A stretch of DNA of 64,000 nucleotides from NCBI GenBank assembly GCA_035294645.1, contig DATGKN010000092.1, positions 994-64,993 of the forward strand, given 5' to 3'. A program made the translations under genes and the position numbers. This document shows positions 44,632 through 53,359 of this stretch, in pieces. The notes under the pieces are model-generated. The model saw only the letters and a program-made list of their open reading frames with translations. It made no database searches and was not told the origin of the DNA. The stretch is from Chloroflexota bacterium. GTDB taxonomy: Bacteria > Chloroflexota > UBA6077 > JAJPHF01. Within the stretch, counting starts at the first letter, position 1, and each line of letters begins with the position of its first letter.

Positions 44632-45455
44632 GGGCGTCTCTCCCACCAGCTAGCGGTGGCCAGGGGCGCGCGCAGCTGGTCCAGCGCAGCGCCCAGCTGC
44701 CGGTGGCCGCGCGCCAGGCGGCGGCGTAGCCGCTTGCCCCGCGCCTGGCCGAGCCGCACGCGGCACATGACGTCGAACAGGTAGTCGGCACGGCGCACCT
44801 CGGTACGCCGCAGCCGGTGGGGGTCCGTCCAGCGATCGTTGCACCCCGGATCGCTCGTGAAAGCGAGCGCGAAGTGGCGGCGGACGACCTCCACCACGGC
44901 GGCGTTGTAGCGGCCGTAGGGATAGGCGAAGGCGGCTACCGGCCGGTCCAGCAGCGCCGCCAACGCCGCCTGGCTGCCCTGCACCTCGGCGAGCACCGCG
45001 GCAGCGTCGAGTGCGGTCAAGTCGGCATGGGAGCGGCTGTGGGCACCGAACTCGACGCCCGCGGCCGCCCAGCGGCGGACCGCGTCGGGCGTGAGCAGTG
45101 GAGACGCCCCGTCCATCCACTGGTTCGTCGCGCCCAGCAGGTCGGTCACGACGAACACAGTAGCGCTGAAGCCGTATCGCCGTAGGATGGGCAACGCGTA
45201 GCGGCCTATGTCGGCGTAGCCGTCGTCGAACGTGAGCAGCACCGGCTTGGACGGCAGCGGCGTGCCCCGCACACGCCAGGCCAGCCAGTCCGACGCGCGG
45301 ATGCCCTGATAGCCACGCGCTGCGAGCCAGCGCACATGCGCCTCGAACCGCCGTGGCGACACGGTTAGCCAGGCGTGGGGCCCCGGCAGAGGACTGCCCA
45401 CGTGATGGTAGCTGAGCACCGCCACCTTGGGCTCCGCGAGCGCGCTACTGACCAC
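44628..45455 (-). CDS. polysaccharide deacetylase (CE4, NodB homology domain)
   Basis: GTG 45455 after GAGGAGG. LTFDDGY, GAHSRSH, AYPYG motifs. Confidence 0.8.
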   Translation of the reverse strand: MVSSALAEPKVAVLSYHHVGSPLPGPHAWLTVSPRRFEAHVRWLAARGYQGIRASDWLAWRVRGTPLPSKPVLLTFDDGYADIGRYALPILRRYGFSATVFVVTDLLGATNQWMDGASPLLTPDAVRRWAAAGVEFGAHSRSHADLTALDAAAVLAEVQGSQAALAALLDRPVAAFAYPYGRYNAAVVEVVRRHFALAFTSDPGCNDRWTDPHRLRRTEVRRADYLFDVMCRVRLGQARGKRLRRRLARGHRQLGAALDQLRAPLATASWWERRP

Positions 45456-45516
45456 CCCCGGCCTCCTCGGCGCACGCGAGCGGGGACAATCGCCGGACGG
45501 ACTGGGCCGCGCGCTC

Positions 45517-46812
45517 TCAGCCCGCGCCGGCGGGGACGGCGAGCCCCAGCCGGCTCTGCCGGCGCCGCAGGGCGAGCACGAGATTGTCCTCGTCGAACGC
45601 CACCGCGCACTGTGGGATCGGGGCGTCCTGTGCGATGTCCCGGGTCAGGCGCGCGAAGCCCGCCAGCCCGATGGGGAGCAGGTCGGCACGCCCCGCGTCG
45701 TCGGCGGCCATGATCAGGCCGTAGCAGTCGAACCCGCCGATGCCGTCCAGCCGCTGGCCGGCGCGCAGGTCGCGCTTGGCGTAGGCGACCACCTCGGCCA
45801 CCGGCCGGCCGCGCGGCGCGATGGTGGCGCAGCGGTGCAGTGCCGCCTCGGCGGCGGACAGCGGCGCCTCGTAGTGGCAGAGGACCTGCGGCCGGTACAG
45901 CAGGTAGTATGGGCCGTCGCCCATCTTGAGATAGCGGAACTCGCGGTGGACGGCCGGATCGGCGCTGTGGCCGATCACGAACACGCCGTTCGGGATCCCG
46001 AGCGTGTACTCGACGATCGGCCCGGCGGCGAGCAGGCCCCGCTGCTCGAAGTCCGTCAGCACCGAGGCCAGCGTTGTCTCCGGCCCCACCATGCCCGTGA
46101 CGGCCGGCCGCATGCCGGTGGCGTTGGCCACCACGGCCATCTCGATGTTGAGCTTCGTGCCGTCGGCCGCAGCCGCGGCGATCCACGGCTGCAGCCCGTG
46201 GGCGCGGGCGAACGCCTCCTGGGTCGCTGGTGTGGCGTAGCGCTTCAGCACGCCCTTGCAGTTGCCCGCCACCACGGGGGTCAGGCCCAGGGTCCGCACG
46301 TAGTCGTAAAGCTGCTTGAGCAAGCCGGGCTGGTCGCCATCCACATCGCTGTACACCACACCGGCCATCTCGGCCATCTGCTGGAGCACGGGCCCCACGG
46401 TGGCCTGGGTCTCCAGGTTGGCGGCGACGACATGCTTGCCCTGGTGGAGCGCCTCCACGGCCACCGCAGCGCCGACCAGCACGTCGCCGGTGGCCTCCAT
46501 CACCACGTGGATGCTGGCCACGTGCGCGGGCAGCAGCACGGAACGCGTCGCGACGTACTGGCCGCGGGCGAGCGCGGCGTCGGCCTCCGCGGGGTCCGTA
46601 CAGACCACGATGTCGCCCGGAGCGACCCCGCCGGCGACCAGCGCGGCGATCGCCCGCTCCAGGGTGCGATTGGCTACTACGGCCGGTACCAGGCCGGGCA
46701 GACGGCACAGCTGCCGCACAAGCCCGCCGCCGAAGAACCCCGTGCCGACCACCGCCACGCGCACAGGGCACCGCTCGGCCTCGCAGCGCTCCAACTCCGC
46801 ATAGATACTCAT
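45517..46812 (-). CDS. NAD(P)-binding oxidoreductase with C-terminal SAF domain (COG4091-like, homoserine-dehydrogenase-like fold)
   Basis: Real part of ORF 45517-46968. ATG 46812 after GAGGAGAGAG. VAVVGTGFFGGG Rossmann motif. SAF-like AYAKRDLRAGQRLDGIGGF. Confidence 0.65.
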   Translation of the reverse strand: MSIYAELERCEAERCPVRVAVVGTGFFGGGLVRQLCRLPGLVPAVVANRTLERAIAALVAGGVAPGDIVVCTDPAEADAALARGQYVATRSVLLPAHVASIHVVMEATGDVLVGAAVAVEALHQGKHVVAANLETQATVGPVLQQMAEMAGVVYSDVDGDQPGLLKQLYDYVRTLGLTPVVAGNCKGVLKRYATPATQEAFARAHGLQPWIAAAAADGTKLNIEMAVVANATGMRPAVTGMVGPETTLASVLTDFEQRGLLAAGPIVEYTLGIPNGVFVIGHSADPAVHREFRYLKMGDGPYYLLYRPQVLCHYEAPLSAAEAALHRCATIAPRGRPVAEVVAYAKRDLRAGQRLDGIGGFDCYGLIMAADDAGRADLLPIGLAGFARLTRDIAQDAPIPQCAVAFDEDNLVLALRRRQSRLGLAVPAGAG

Positions 46813-46855
46813 CCGCTCTCTCCTCGCTCGTGCCAGTACCAGGGGCCAGCGGGGC

Positions 46856-47863
46856 TCAGGCGCGGGCACCCGTGATGCGCTGGGCCGGGGCACTCCTGAG
46901 GTCGGCCAAGGCCTCGTGCAGCGCGCGCAGCATCGCGGGCGCGCGCTGGGCATGCGCGCTGCTGCCACGAGTCTGCTGCCCTATGGTGAGTCCGGCCCAA
47001 GCGAACCGATACGCCGCCGCTAGTGCCGTGTAGCAGGCGACCAAGGGGTCGTCGGCCAGCGGCCCATAGCCCTCGCGGAACGCCGCTTGCTCCTCGGCCG
47101 AGAAGAAGGCCAGGCTAGTGCCCACATCATAGCGCGGGTCGCCGGCCAACGCGTCGGCTAGATCGATGATGCCTGTGATATGCTGCCCGTCGGTCAGCAA
47201 GTTCACCGCATGATAATCGCCATGGAGGAGCACCGACTGCCCGAACTGCGCGTTGCGCACTCGCACTCCCGCCTCGCGCAGCAAGGCTAGGTCCGCGTCG
47301 CGTAGCACGTCGCGCTGTTGGAGGTACTCCAGGCAGGTCTCCACGATGCGTAGATCGGTCCAGTAGTCGTGCCAAGAAGCGTACATGCCCCTGTATTCCC
47401 CATCGCGCAGACATAGCGGGCCGACCGCGCGCACACGGATCGTGTGCAAGCGCTGCAACAGCGCGCCCGCCTCCCGGTAGAGGCGAAGTCGCTGCGCTTC
47501 GGGCACGACCACCGACTCCAGGGAAGTGCCAGGCAGCCTGCTGAGGATAGTCGTCGACAAGTAGAGCCAGCGGGGACGGGCATCGGAGAACAACAGCCGC
47601 GACACCGGTAACCCGGAAGCCTGGAGGAGGGTATACGCCGCCTGCTCGGTGTAGAACGCACGTAGGTCGGGCGCGATCAACATGATCACCGACTGGCCGT
47701 TCCAGATCCCGCTGTAGACCCGCCGGTGCGTGCCGCTCCGCATCGGCTCGATCTCCTCGATCCACGTGCCGAAGCTGAGCAGGAGGGCTAGGCGGAGCAA
47801 CATATGCTTTAGATCGTGCTGCAGCAGCCAATCTACCAGGCGGGCGCGCCCCCATCGAGCCAT
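46856..47863 (-). CDS. APH/choline-kinase-fold phosphotransferase
   Basis: 335 aa. Brenner motif LLHGDYHAVNLL and metal-binding IIDLAD. Confidence 0.7.
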   Translation of the reverse strand: MARWGRARLVDWLLQHDLKHMLLRLALLLSFGTWIEEIEPMRSGTHRRVYSGIWNGQSVIMLIAPDLRAFYTEQAAYTLLQASGLPVSRLLFSDARPRWLYLSTTILSRLPGTSLESVVVPEAQRLRLYREAGALLQRLHTIRVRAVGPLCLRDGEYRGMYASWHDYWTDLRIVETCLEYLQQRDVLRDADLALLREAGVRVRNAQFGQSVLLHGDYHAVNLLTDGQHITGIIDLADALAGDPRYDVGTSLAFFSAEEQAAFREGYGPLADDPLVACYTALAAAYRFAWAGLTIGQQTRGSSAHAQRAPAMLRALHEALADLRSAPAQRITGARA

Positions 47864-47875
47864 GGAGTACCTGCC

Positions 47876-48415
47876 TCACCGCCGGGCCGCCGGCAGCAGC
47901 GGCCAGCCACGGTCGCGCTCTGCGACCACGCTGATCGGCAGCGGCCAGGCGATGGCGAGCAGCGGGTCGTCGTAGCGCACCCCGCGGGCGTGCTGCGGCG
48001 CGTAGAACGTGCTCATGCCGTACAGCACCCCCGCGTCGTCGGTGAGCGTCTGGAACCCATGGGCGCAGCCCTCGGGCACGTACACCGCACACGCCTCCCC
48101 TGCGGCGAGCCACAGCGCGACGTGTTGGAGGTAGGTCGGCGACCCCGGGCGTAGGTCGACGATCACGTCGTAGATCGCGCCGGCGATGCAACACACCAGC
48201 TTCGCCTCCGCGTGCGGCGGTGCCTGGTAGTGCAGCCCCCGCACGGTGCCCCTCTGGCGCGTGTACGACACGTTGACCTGCGCGAGCACGTCGGCGAGGC
48301 CGTGGGCTGCGAACTCGTGGCGACAGAACAGCCGCGCGAAGGTGCCCCGCTCGTCGCGGTGGGGCGCCAGCTCGATGCGATAGACGCCGGCGAGCGGCGT
48401 AGGCAGAAAGCGCAC
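47876..48415 (-). CDS. NDP-4-keto-6-deoxyhexose 3,5-epimerase family (RmlC-like cupin)
   Basis: 179 aa. DERGTFARLF, VRGLHYQ, YVPEGCAHGFQTL. Confidence 0.85.
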   Translation of the reverse strand: MRFLPTPLAGVYRIELAPHRDERGTFARLFCRHEFAAHGLADVLAQVNVSYTRQRGTVRGLHYQAPPHAEAKLVCCIAGAIYDVIVDLRPGSPTYLQHVALWLAAGEACAVYVPEGCAHGFQTLTDDAGVLYGMSTFYAPQHARGVRYDDPLLAIAWPLPISVVAERDRGWPLLPAARR

Positions 48416-48418
48416 GCG

Positions 48419-49183
48419 CTAATCCCCCCGGCCATGCAGCCAGCGCGACGCCCGCACGAGCCCCTCCGGCGTGCCGATGTCCACGAAGCACCCGCGCGTG
48501 AACACCACGCTCGCGCCCCGTAGGCCCGCCTGCAGCGCCTGGCGCAAGACGGTCCCGAGCGGCACCTCGGCAGCCACGTCGCCCTCCTCGGCGACCACGG
48601 TGTGCAGGAAGCGGGTAAACGTCGGCGTCCAGGCCGCCAGAATCCAGGTGAGCGGGGCGGCCGGCTCGCTCGCACCGACGACGATATCGTGGATCTGGCC
48701 GTCCGCGTCGGTCACCACCGCATCGATCTGGCTGGCCGGCGGGCGAGGGAATAGACCGAGCACGAGGTCCGCCGCGGTCGTCGCCTGGTGCGCCAGCAGC
48801 CACCGCAGTGCCTCGGCGGGCTCGAACACGATGTCGGGAAAGCCGAACACCACCCGCTCATCTCGCACGAATGGGTAAGCAGCGTCCAGTGTGTACGGCA
48901 CCCCGAACGGCCGGCGCATCAGAAGGTAGGCGAGGTGCAAGCCCAGCGCGTGCCCGTCGCGCAGGTAGGCGGGGAGGTCCCATTTCCCGTGGCGCAGCAC
49001 GACGTACACGCGCTCGGCGCCGGCGAGACGCATGGCCGTGAGGAGGTAGGTGCACACGGGCCGCGGCCGTGGCTCGGCGGCCCCATCGAAGCGCTGGAAG
49101 CCGAGCGGGTACAGCTCCTTGCTGCACGGCAGCGGGGCGAGGCGGGTGGCCTGGCCGGCCGCCGGGACGAGCCCTACCACCAT
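48419..49183 (-). CDS. sugar-phosphate (or phospho-alcohol) nucleotidyltransferase
   Basis: 254 aa. N-terminal PAAGQATRL (GxGxR-L) signature and LPCSKELYPL. GT-A-like NTP_transferase fold implied. Confidence 0.75.
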   Translation of the reverse strand: MVVGLVPAAGQATRLAPLPCSKELYPLGFQRFDGAAEPRPRPVCTYLLTAMRLAGAERVYVVLRHGKWDLPAYLRDGHALGLHLAYLLMRRPFGVPYTLDAAYPFVRDERVVFGFPDIVFEPAEALRWLLAHQATTAADLVLGLFPRPPASQIDAVVTDADGQIHDIVVGASEPAAPLTWILAAWTPTFTRFLHTVVAEEGDVAAEVPLGTVLRQALQAGLRGASVVFTRGCFVDIGTPEGLVRASRWLHGRGD

Positions 49184-49198
49184 CGTCGGGCTCCCCCC

Positions 49199-50131
49199 TC
49201 AGGCCAGCGCGTCCACCGCGATCGGCGGCACGTACTCGCGGCCCTCGGGTGGCGCCGCGCGGTCGTAAAGGCGCACGACCTCCTCGGGCACGCGCGCCAG
49301 GTCCGATACGCGGCGCAGCTCCCAGAGCGTTGTTCCCTGCGGCACCGAGTCGACGTTCAGCGCCCCGTAGCGAGCCGCCAGGTCGTCGGCGTTGGCCACG
49401 CGGAAATCGACGCTGAACCGGGTCCGCCCCGAGGTGTTGGGCACGGTGGAGTGGAGCTGGGCGCCGGAGAACAGGATCACGCTGCCGGCTCGGCAAACGA
49501 TCCGCAGCTCAGGCTCCAGCTCGAGCGGCTCCTCCGGCCGCGGCTGCTCGCGCGCGTCGGTGCGGATGTGCTGGGCGGCAGCGCCGCGCGCGGTACGGTT
49601 CCACTCGTAGTGGTTGTAGCGGCTCGACCCGTTGCGTACCGGCTGCGCCCAGTACTGCGGATGAAACGCCATGCAGTTGCTCGCGTCCAGGTCGTAGATC
49701 GGCAACCACCAGTTCTGCTGGCACAGCGGCGCCGCGTACCAAGTATCGCGGTGCGGGTGCAGGGCGTAGGCGATGCCCGCCCGGAGGTAGTCGCCATGGG
49801 CCATGGTCCGCAGGCGCGGGACATCGAAGTATGTGCGCGTCGGATCGCAGCCGAACTCTTCCAGGATTGCCCGGATGCATGCCTTGGACTGCGGGTGGTG
49901 GATGAACCGTGGCTTGAGGTCCGCCAGGATAGCGGCGAAGCGCTCGACGGGCAGCGCGAACTGTGCCCGCTCGGGGTCCAGCGGCGCGAACGCCTCGCGG
50001 ATCATCGTGCGCGCGAACTCGCAGAACGCGAGCGTGCTGGGCCGCGGCGAGAACACCACGATATCACCGTTGTAGAGCCATGCACGGCGCTGCTCGTCGC
50101 TGCATACGGGGTCGGCGTAGATCGCTGTCAT
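49199..50131 (-). CDS. putative Fe(II)/2-oxoglutarate dioxygenase (PhyH-like)
   Basis: Real part of ORF 49199-50290. ATG 50131 after AGGAGAACAGGAGAC. HxD candidate HPHRD, distal His in GAQLHST, RTRFSV (R-x-S) 2OG-binding-like. Confidence 0.5.
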   Translation of the reverse strand: MTAIYADPVCSDEQRRAWLYNGDIVVFSPRPSTLAFCEFARTMIREAFAPLDPERAQFALPVERFAAILADLKPRFIHHPQSKACIRAILEEFGCDPTRTYFDVPRLRTMAHGDYLRAGIAYALHPHRDTWYAAPLCQQNWWLPIYDLDASNCMAFHPQYWAQPVRNGSSRYNHYEWNRTARGAAAQHIRTDAREQPRPEEPLELEPELRIVCRAGSVILFSGAQLHSTVPNTSGRTRFSVDFRVANADDLAARYGALNVDSVPQGTTLWELRRVSDLARVPEEVVRLYDRAAPPEGREYVPPIAVDALA

Positions 50132-50178
50132 GCCGGTCTCCTGTTCTCCTCGGGTAGCCGATGCGGCGGCCCGCACGC

Positions 50179-51033
50179 TCACACGCCATTGCGTCGCTGC
50201 CGGATCGCGGCGCGCTCGCCGTCCGGGACGTACTGGTGCGTCTGCAGGATGGCATCCAAGATGTCTCGATCCTTCGGGGTGTCCATGCACTGCCAGAACC
50301 CGTCGTGCTTGAACACGCGGAGCTGATCGTCAGCCGCCAGCCGTCGCAGTGGGGCTTGTTCCAGCACGCAGTCGTCGTCGGGCGTGAGGTAGTCAAAGAT
50401 CGCGCGGTTGAAGACGAAGAAGCCACCGTTGACATAGCCCACGCGCACGGTTGGCAACGGATGGGGCTTCTCGACGAAGCGAGTCACTCGGATCCCATCC
50501 TCGATCTCGAACTCGCCGAAGCGGGCGGGCGGATGCACGCCGGTGACCGTGGCGATGCGGCCGTGGGCACGGTGGAATGCCAGTAGCGCCGCCAGATCGA
50601 CATCCGACACCCCATCGCCGTAGGTACAGAAGAATGCCTCGCCGCGGATGTAGCGTGCGATGCGATAGATGCGCGCCCCGGTCTGCGCCTGGATCCCCGT
50701 GTCGGCACAGGTCACCTGCCAATCCAGCATCGCCGGCGCGTGCGCCACCACCCGCGGTCGCGTGCCGTTGAGGTGTAGCGTGAAGTCGTTGTTGTGCAGG
50801 TAGTAGTTCAAGAAGTAGTCGCGGATCAGCTCGCCCTTGTACCCCAGGCAGAGCACGAACCGGTTCAGGCCGTAGCTGGCGAAGTGCGCCATGATGTGCC
50901 ACAGGATCGGCCGCCCGCCCACGCGGACCAGCGGCTTGGGCAGCACATCCGTGTCGGGCGCCAGGCGCGTGCCCCGCCCGCCGCACAGAATCACCACCTC
51001 GGGCACGGATGTCACCATGTAGGGTTCAGCCAT
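50179..51033 (-). CDS. rfbF: glucose-1-phosphate cytidylyltransferase
   Basis: ATG 51033 after AGGAGGGA. ILCGGRGTRL, PKPLVRVGGRPILWHIM, LCLGYKG, TYGDGVSDVD, VNGGFFVF, HDGFWQCMDT. Near-canonical RfbF. Confidence 0.85.
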   Translation of the reverse strand: MAEPYMVTSVPEVVILCGGRGTRLAPDTDVLPKPLVRVGGRPILWHIMAHFASYGLNRFVLCLGYKGELIRDYFLNYYLHNNDFTLHLNGTRPRVVAHAPAMLDWQVTCADTGIQAQTGARIYRIARYIRGEAFFCTYGDGVSDVDLAALLAFHRAHGRIATVTGVHPPARFGEFEIEDGIRVTRFVEKPHPLPTVRVGYVNGGFFVFNRAIFDYLTPDDDCVLEQAPLRRLAADDQLRVFKHDGFWQCMDTPKDRDILDAILQTHQYVPDGERAAIRQRRNGV

Positions 51034-51086
51034 GACAGCGGTCCCTCCTGGGCGGGGCAGACGGTACCCCGGCCCGCGCGTCGGGG

Positions 51087-52166
51087 CTACGAGATGGTCG
51101 TTGGGACAGAGGCCACCCCACGCCGGGCCGGGCGCGCGACCAGCCGCTCGTACAGCGCCTCGTAGGCCGCGACCACGCGCTCCCAATCGAACGCCGCGGC
51201 ACGGGCGAGCCCGGCGGCCGTCAGCTGTGCACGCGCGGGCTCGTCGCGCAGCAAGGCCAGCAAGGCGGGAGCGAGGCGAGCCGGCGGGACGATGACGCCC
51301 CAGCGGCCGTCGCCGAGCACCTCCCGGGCGCCCGCGTTCGGCGTCGCCACCACGGGCGTACCACTGGCCAATGCCTCGGCGTAGGGGCGTCCGAACCCCT
51401 CATAGCTACTCGGTAGGCAGAACACCCAGGCGCGGCGGTACAACGCGGCCAGCTCCGCGAGCGGCAGGTTGGCGTAGCAGCGAACGCCCGGTAGCTCCAG
51501 CCGGTCATCGCACACCAGCCACAGCTGGGCGTCGGGCAAGGCGGGCTGGACGTGCTGGAGGAAAGCCGCGACCAGCAGGTCCAGGCGCTTGCGGTCGTGC
51601 AAGCGGTGGCCCACGCCGAGGATGGAGGGCACCCCGGACTTCTCGCCCCCGGGGGTGAACACGCGCCGGTCGATGCCCTGGGGAATCACCGTGCGCACCC
51701 ACGGGAAGAACCGCAACGCCCCACGCGAGATGCCCACCGCCGCCTGGGCGCGCGCCGCCCCCACCAGCTCCAAGGGATACAACGACGCCTGCATCGCACG
51801 GGTGGTCGGCTTGCGCGCGTACCACGCCTCGGCGAGCGCGCAGCCACTCAGCGTGCGAACCACCGGGGCGGAGGTCCGCAACAGGTGGTTGTCCCCCAGG
51901 GCGTGCACGACATCGAACGCCTCGTAGCGCTGGCGCGCCAGCCACCAGGCGAAGCCATACAGCCGCCCCAGCCGTCCCCGCAGGTACCACGGCGCCCCCA
52001 TGGGCTGTACAACGGTGTACGCCGCGTCGGCGGGCGCTGGATCCAGCGAGAACACGGTCACCGCGTGGCCGCGCGCGACCAGCCGGCAAGCGAACTGGTG
52101 CGTGAAGTGGCCCACCCCGCCCTGTGACCGGCTAGGCAGGAAGCTCTGCAACAGCGCGAGTCTCAT
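51087..52166 (-). CDS. glycosyltransferase family 4
   Basis: Real part of ORF 51087-53210. ATG 52166 in ATGA overlap. SSYEGFGRPYAEALASGTPVV. Confidence 0.8.
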   Translation of the reverse strand: MRLALLQSFLPSRSQGGVGHFTHQFACRLVARGHAVTVFSLDPAPADAAYTVVQPMGAPWYLRGRLGRLYGFAWWLARQRYEAFDVVHALGDNHLLRTSAPVVRTLSGCALAEAWYARKPTTRAMQASLYPLELVGAARAQAAVGISRGALRFFPWVRTVIPQGIDRRVFTPGGEKSGVPSILGVGHRLHDRKRLDLLVAAFLQHVQPALPDAQLWLVCDDRLELPGVRCYANLPLAELAALYRRAWVFCLPSSYEGFGRPYAEALASGTPVVATPNAGAREVLGDGRWGVIVPPARLAPALLALLRDEPARAQLTAAGLARAAAFDWERVVAAYEALYERLVARPARRGVASVPTTIS

Positions 52167-53359
52167 CGGGCCGCCTCGCGGGGTATGTGCTCCTCGACTG
52201 GGCGGCCCGCCCGCGACGGCGAGTGGGCCCGCTCGGCCACCTGGTCCCAGACCGCCTCGACCTGCCGCGCGGCCGCCACGGGGGCGTGGCGCGCTTGTAC
52301 CGCGGCGTGCGCCGCCGCTCCGATCTGCTGGCAGCGCGCCGGCGACCGGAGCAAGCCCACGAGCGCTTCCGCCAGGGCCGCGGCGTCGCCCGGCGGCACC
52401 AGTACGCCGGTTACCCCATCGACGATGATCTCGGTGGGCCCACCCGCGCGCGCGGCGACCACGGGCCGTCCGGCCGCCATCCCCTCCAGCACCACCAGGC
52501 CCAGCGCTTCCGGCCGGACGGAGGCGTGTACCACCACGGTCGAGGCGTGCAGTAGCGCGGGCACATCGCCGCGGTGGCCGAGGAAGTGCACGTGGGCCTC
52601 CACCCCCAGGGCGGCCGCCTGTCGCCGCAACTCCGCCGGGTACCCGGGCTCGAGCCCGAACAGCGCGTCGCCAACGATCCAGAAGCGGACCGCCGGCACC
52701 TGAGCAAGGACCCGTGGCGCCGCGGCCAGAAGCACGTGCTGGCCCTTCCAGCGCTGCAAGCGCCCCACGAGCGTGACCACGGGCGTACCGTTCGCCACGC
52801 CCAGGGCCCTGCGGAGCGCCATCGCCTGCTCGCGAGCCGCGGGACAGGCGAGCGACGCGCTCTCGACGCCGGGATAGATCACGTGGACGCGCGCGGCCGG
52901 CACGCCGAGGCGTACGAGCTGGTCGCGGACGGCACGGGAGACGGCGAGGTAACGGGTCGCCGGGACCCGCAGGGCCAGATGGGTCAGGGGGCTCGCCGCG
53001 TCCAGAATATCCATCACGTGCCACACGCAGGGCGTGCCGCGCATCCCGGCGGCGAGGCCCGCGACGAGCTGCGCTTTCGCGCTGCTGGTGTGCACGACGT
53101 TCGCCCGCCACCGCGCGATCTCGCGGGCGACGCGCCAGATCGCGCCGGGGATCGTGCGCGGATCGCGATAGCGCCCCACAGGGTGGTGCACCACGCGAGC
53201 GTAGCGGCATGCCTCCCGCCCCAGCCCCTCCTCGTGGGCGAGGATCAACAGGCTAGCCTGCCAGCGCTGGCGGTCGCCGCAGCGCACCGTGTCCAGCACG
53301 ACGCGCTGGGCCCCGCCGATAGCGCCCACTGCCTCAACGATCAGCACGCGCCGCGTCAT
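52163..53359 (-). CDS. glycosyltransferase family 4
   Basis: 398 aa. RLQRWKG, EALGLVVLEGMAAGRPVV. Confidence 0.85.
   Translation of the reverse strand: MTRRVLIVEAVGAIGGAQRVVLDTVRCGDRQRWQASLLILAHEEGLGREACRYARVVHHPVGRYRDPRTIPGAIWRVAREIARWRANVVHTSSAKAQLVAGLAAGMRGTPCVWHVMDILDAASPLTHLALRVPATRYLAVSRAVRDQLVRLGVPAARVHVIYPGVESASLACPAAREQAMALRRALGVANGTPVVTLVGRLQRWKGQHVLLAAAPRVLAQVPAVRFWIVGDALFGLEPGYPAELRRQAAALGVEAHVHFLGHRGDVPALLHASTVVVHASVRPEALGLVVLEGMAAGRPVVAARAGGPTEIIVDGVTGVLVPPGDAAALAEALVGLLRSPARCQQIGAAAHAAVQARHAPVAAARQVEAVWDQVAERAHSPSRAGRPVEEHIPREAAR

Noticed and set aside
46856-47863. Second lower-GC patch over the kinase gene as evidence of separate horizontal acquisition
   Set aside because: Spot counts give only a mild drop (roughly 55-65% in a few 60-nt lines), within what I would expect from local variation. 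I flag only 42343-43644 as compositionally deviant. A proper sliding-window calculation is needed.
47127-48803. 558-aa minus-strand ORF overlapping the kinase, RmlC-like and nucleotidyltransferase genes in another frame
   Set aside because: Arg/Gly/Pro-rich with no motifs. The three in-frame genes it overlaps each carry diagnostic family motifs.
48788-50326. Very long plus-strand ORFs antisense to the island genes (for example 48788-50326 at 512 aa, 45427-46875 at 482 aa, 28118-28858, 33831-34847, 52574-53497), considered as possible overprinted genes
   Set aside because: Their translations are Arg/Ala/Gly/Pro/His-rich low-complexity strings with no motifs, no SD-linked starts and the wrong codon-position GC pattern. 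At about 70% GC the antisense frame of a real gene is routinely open.
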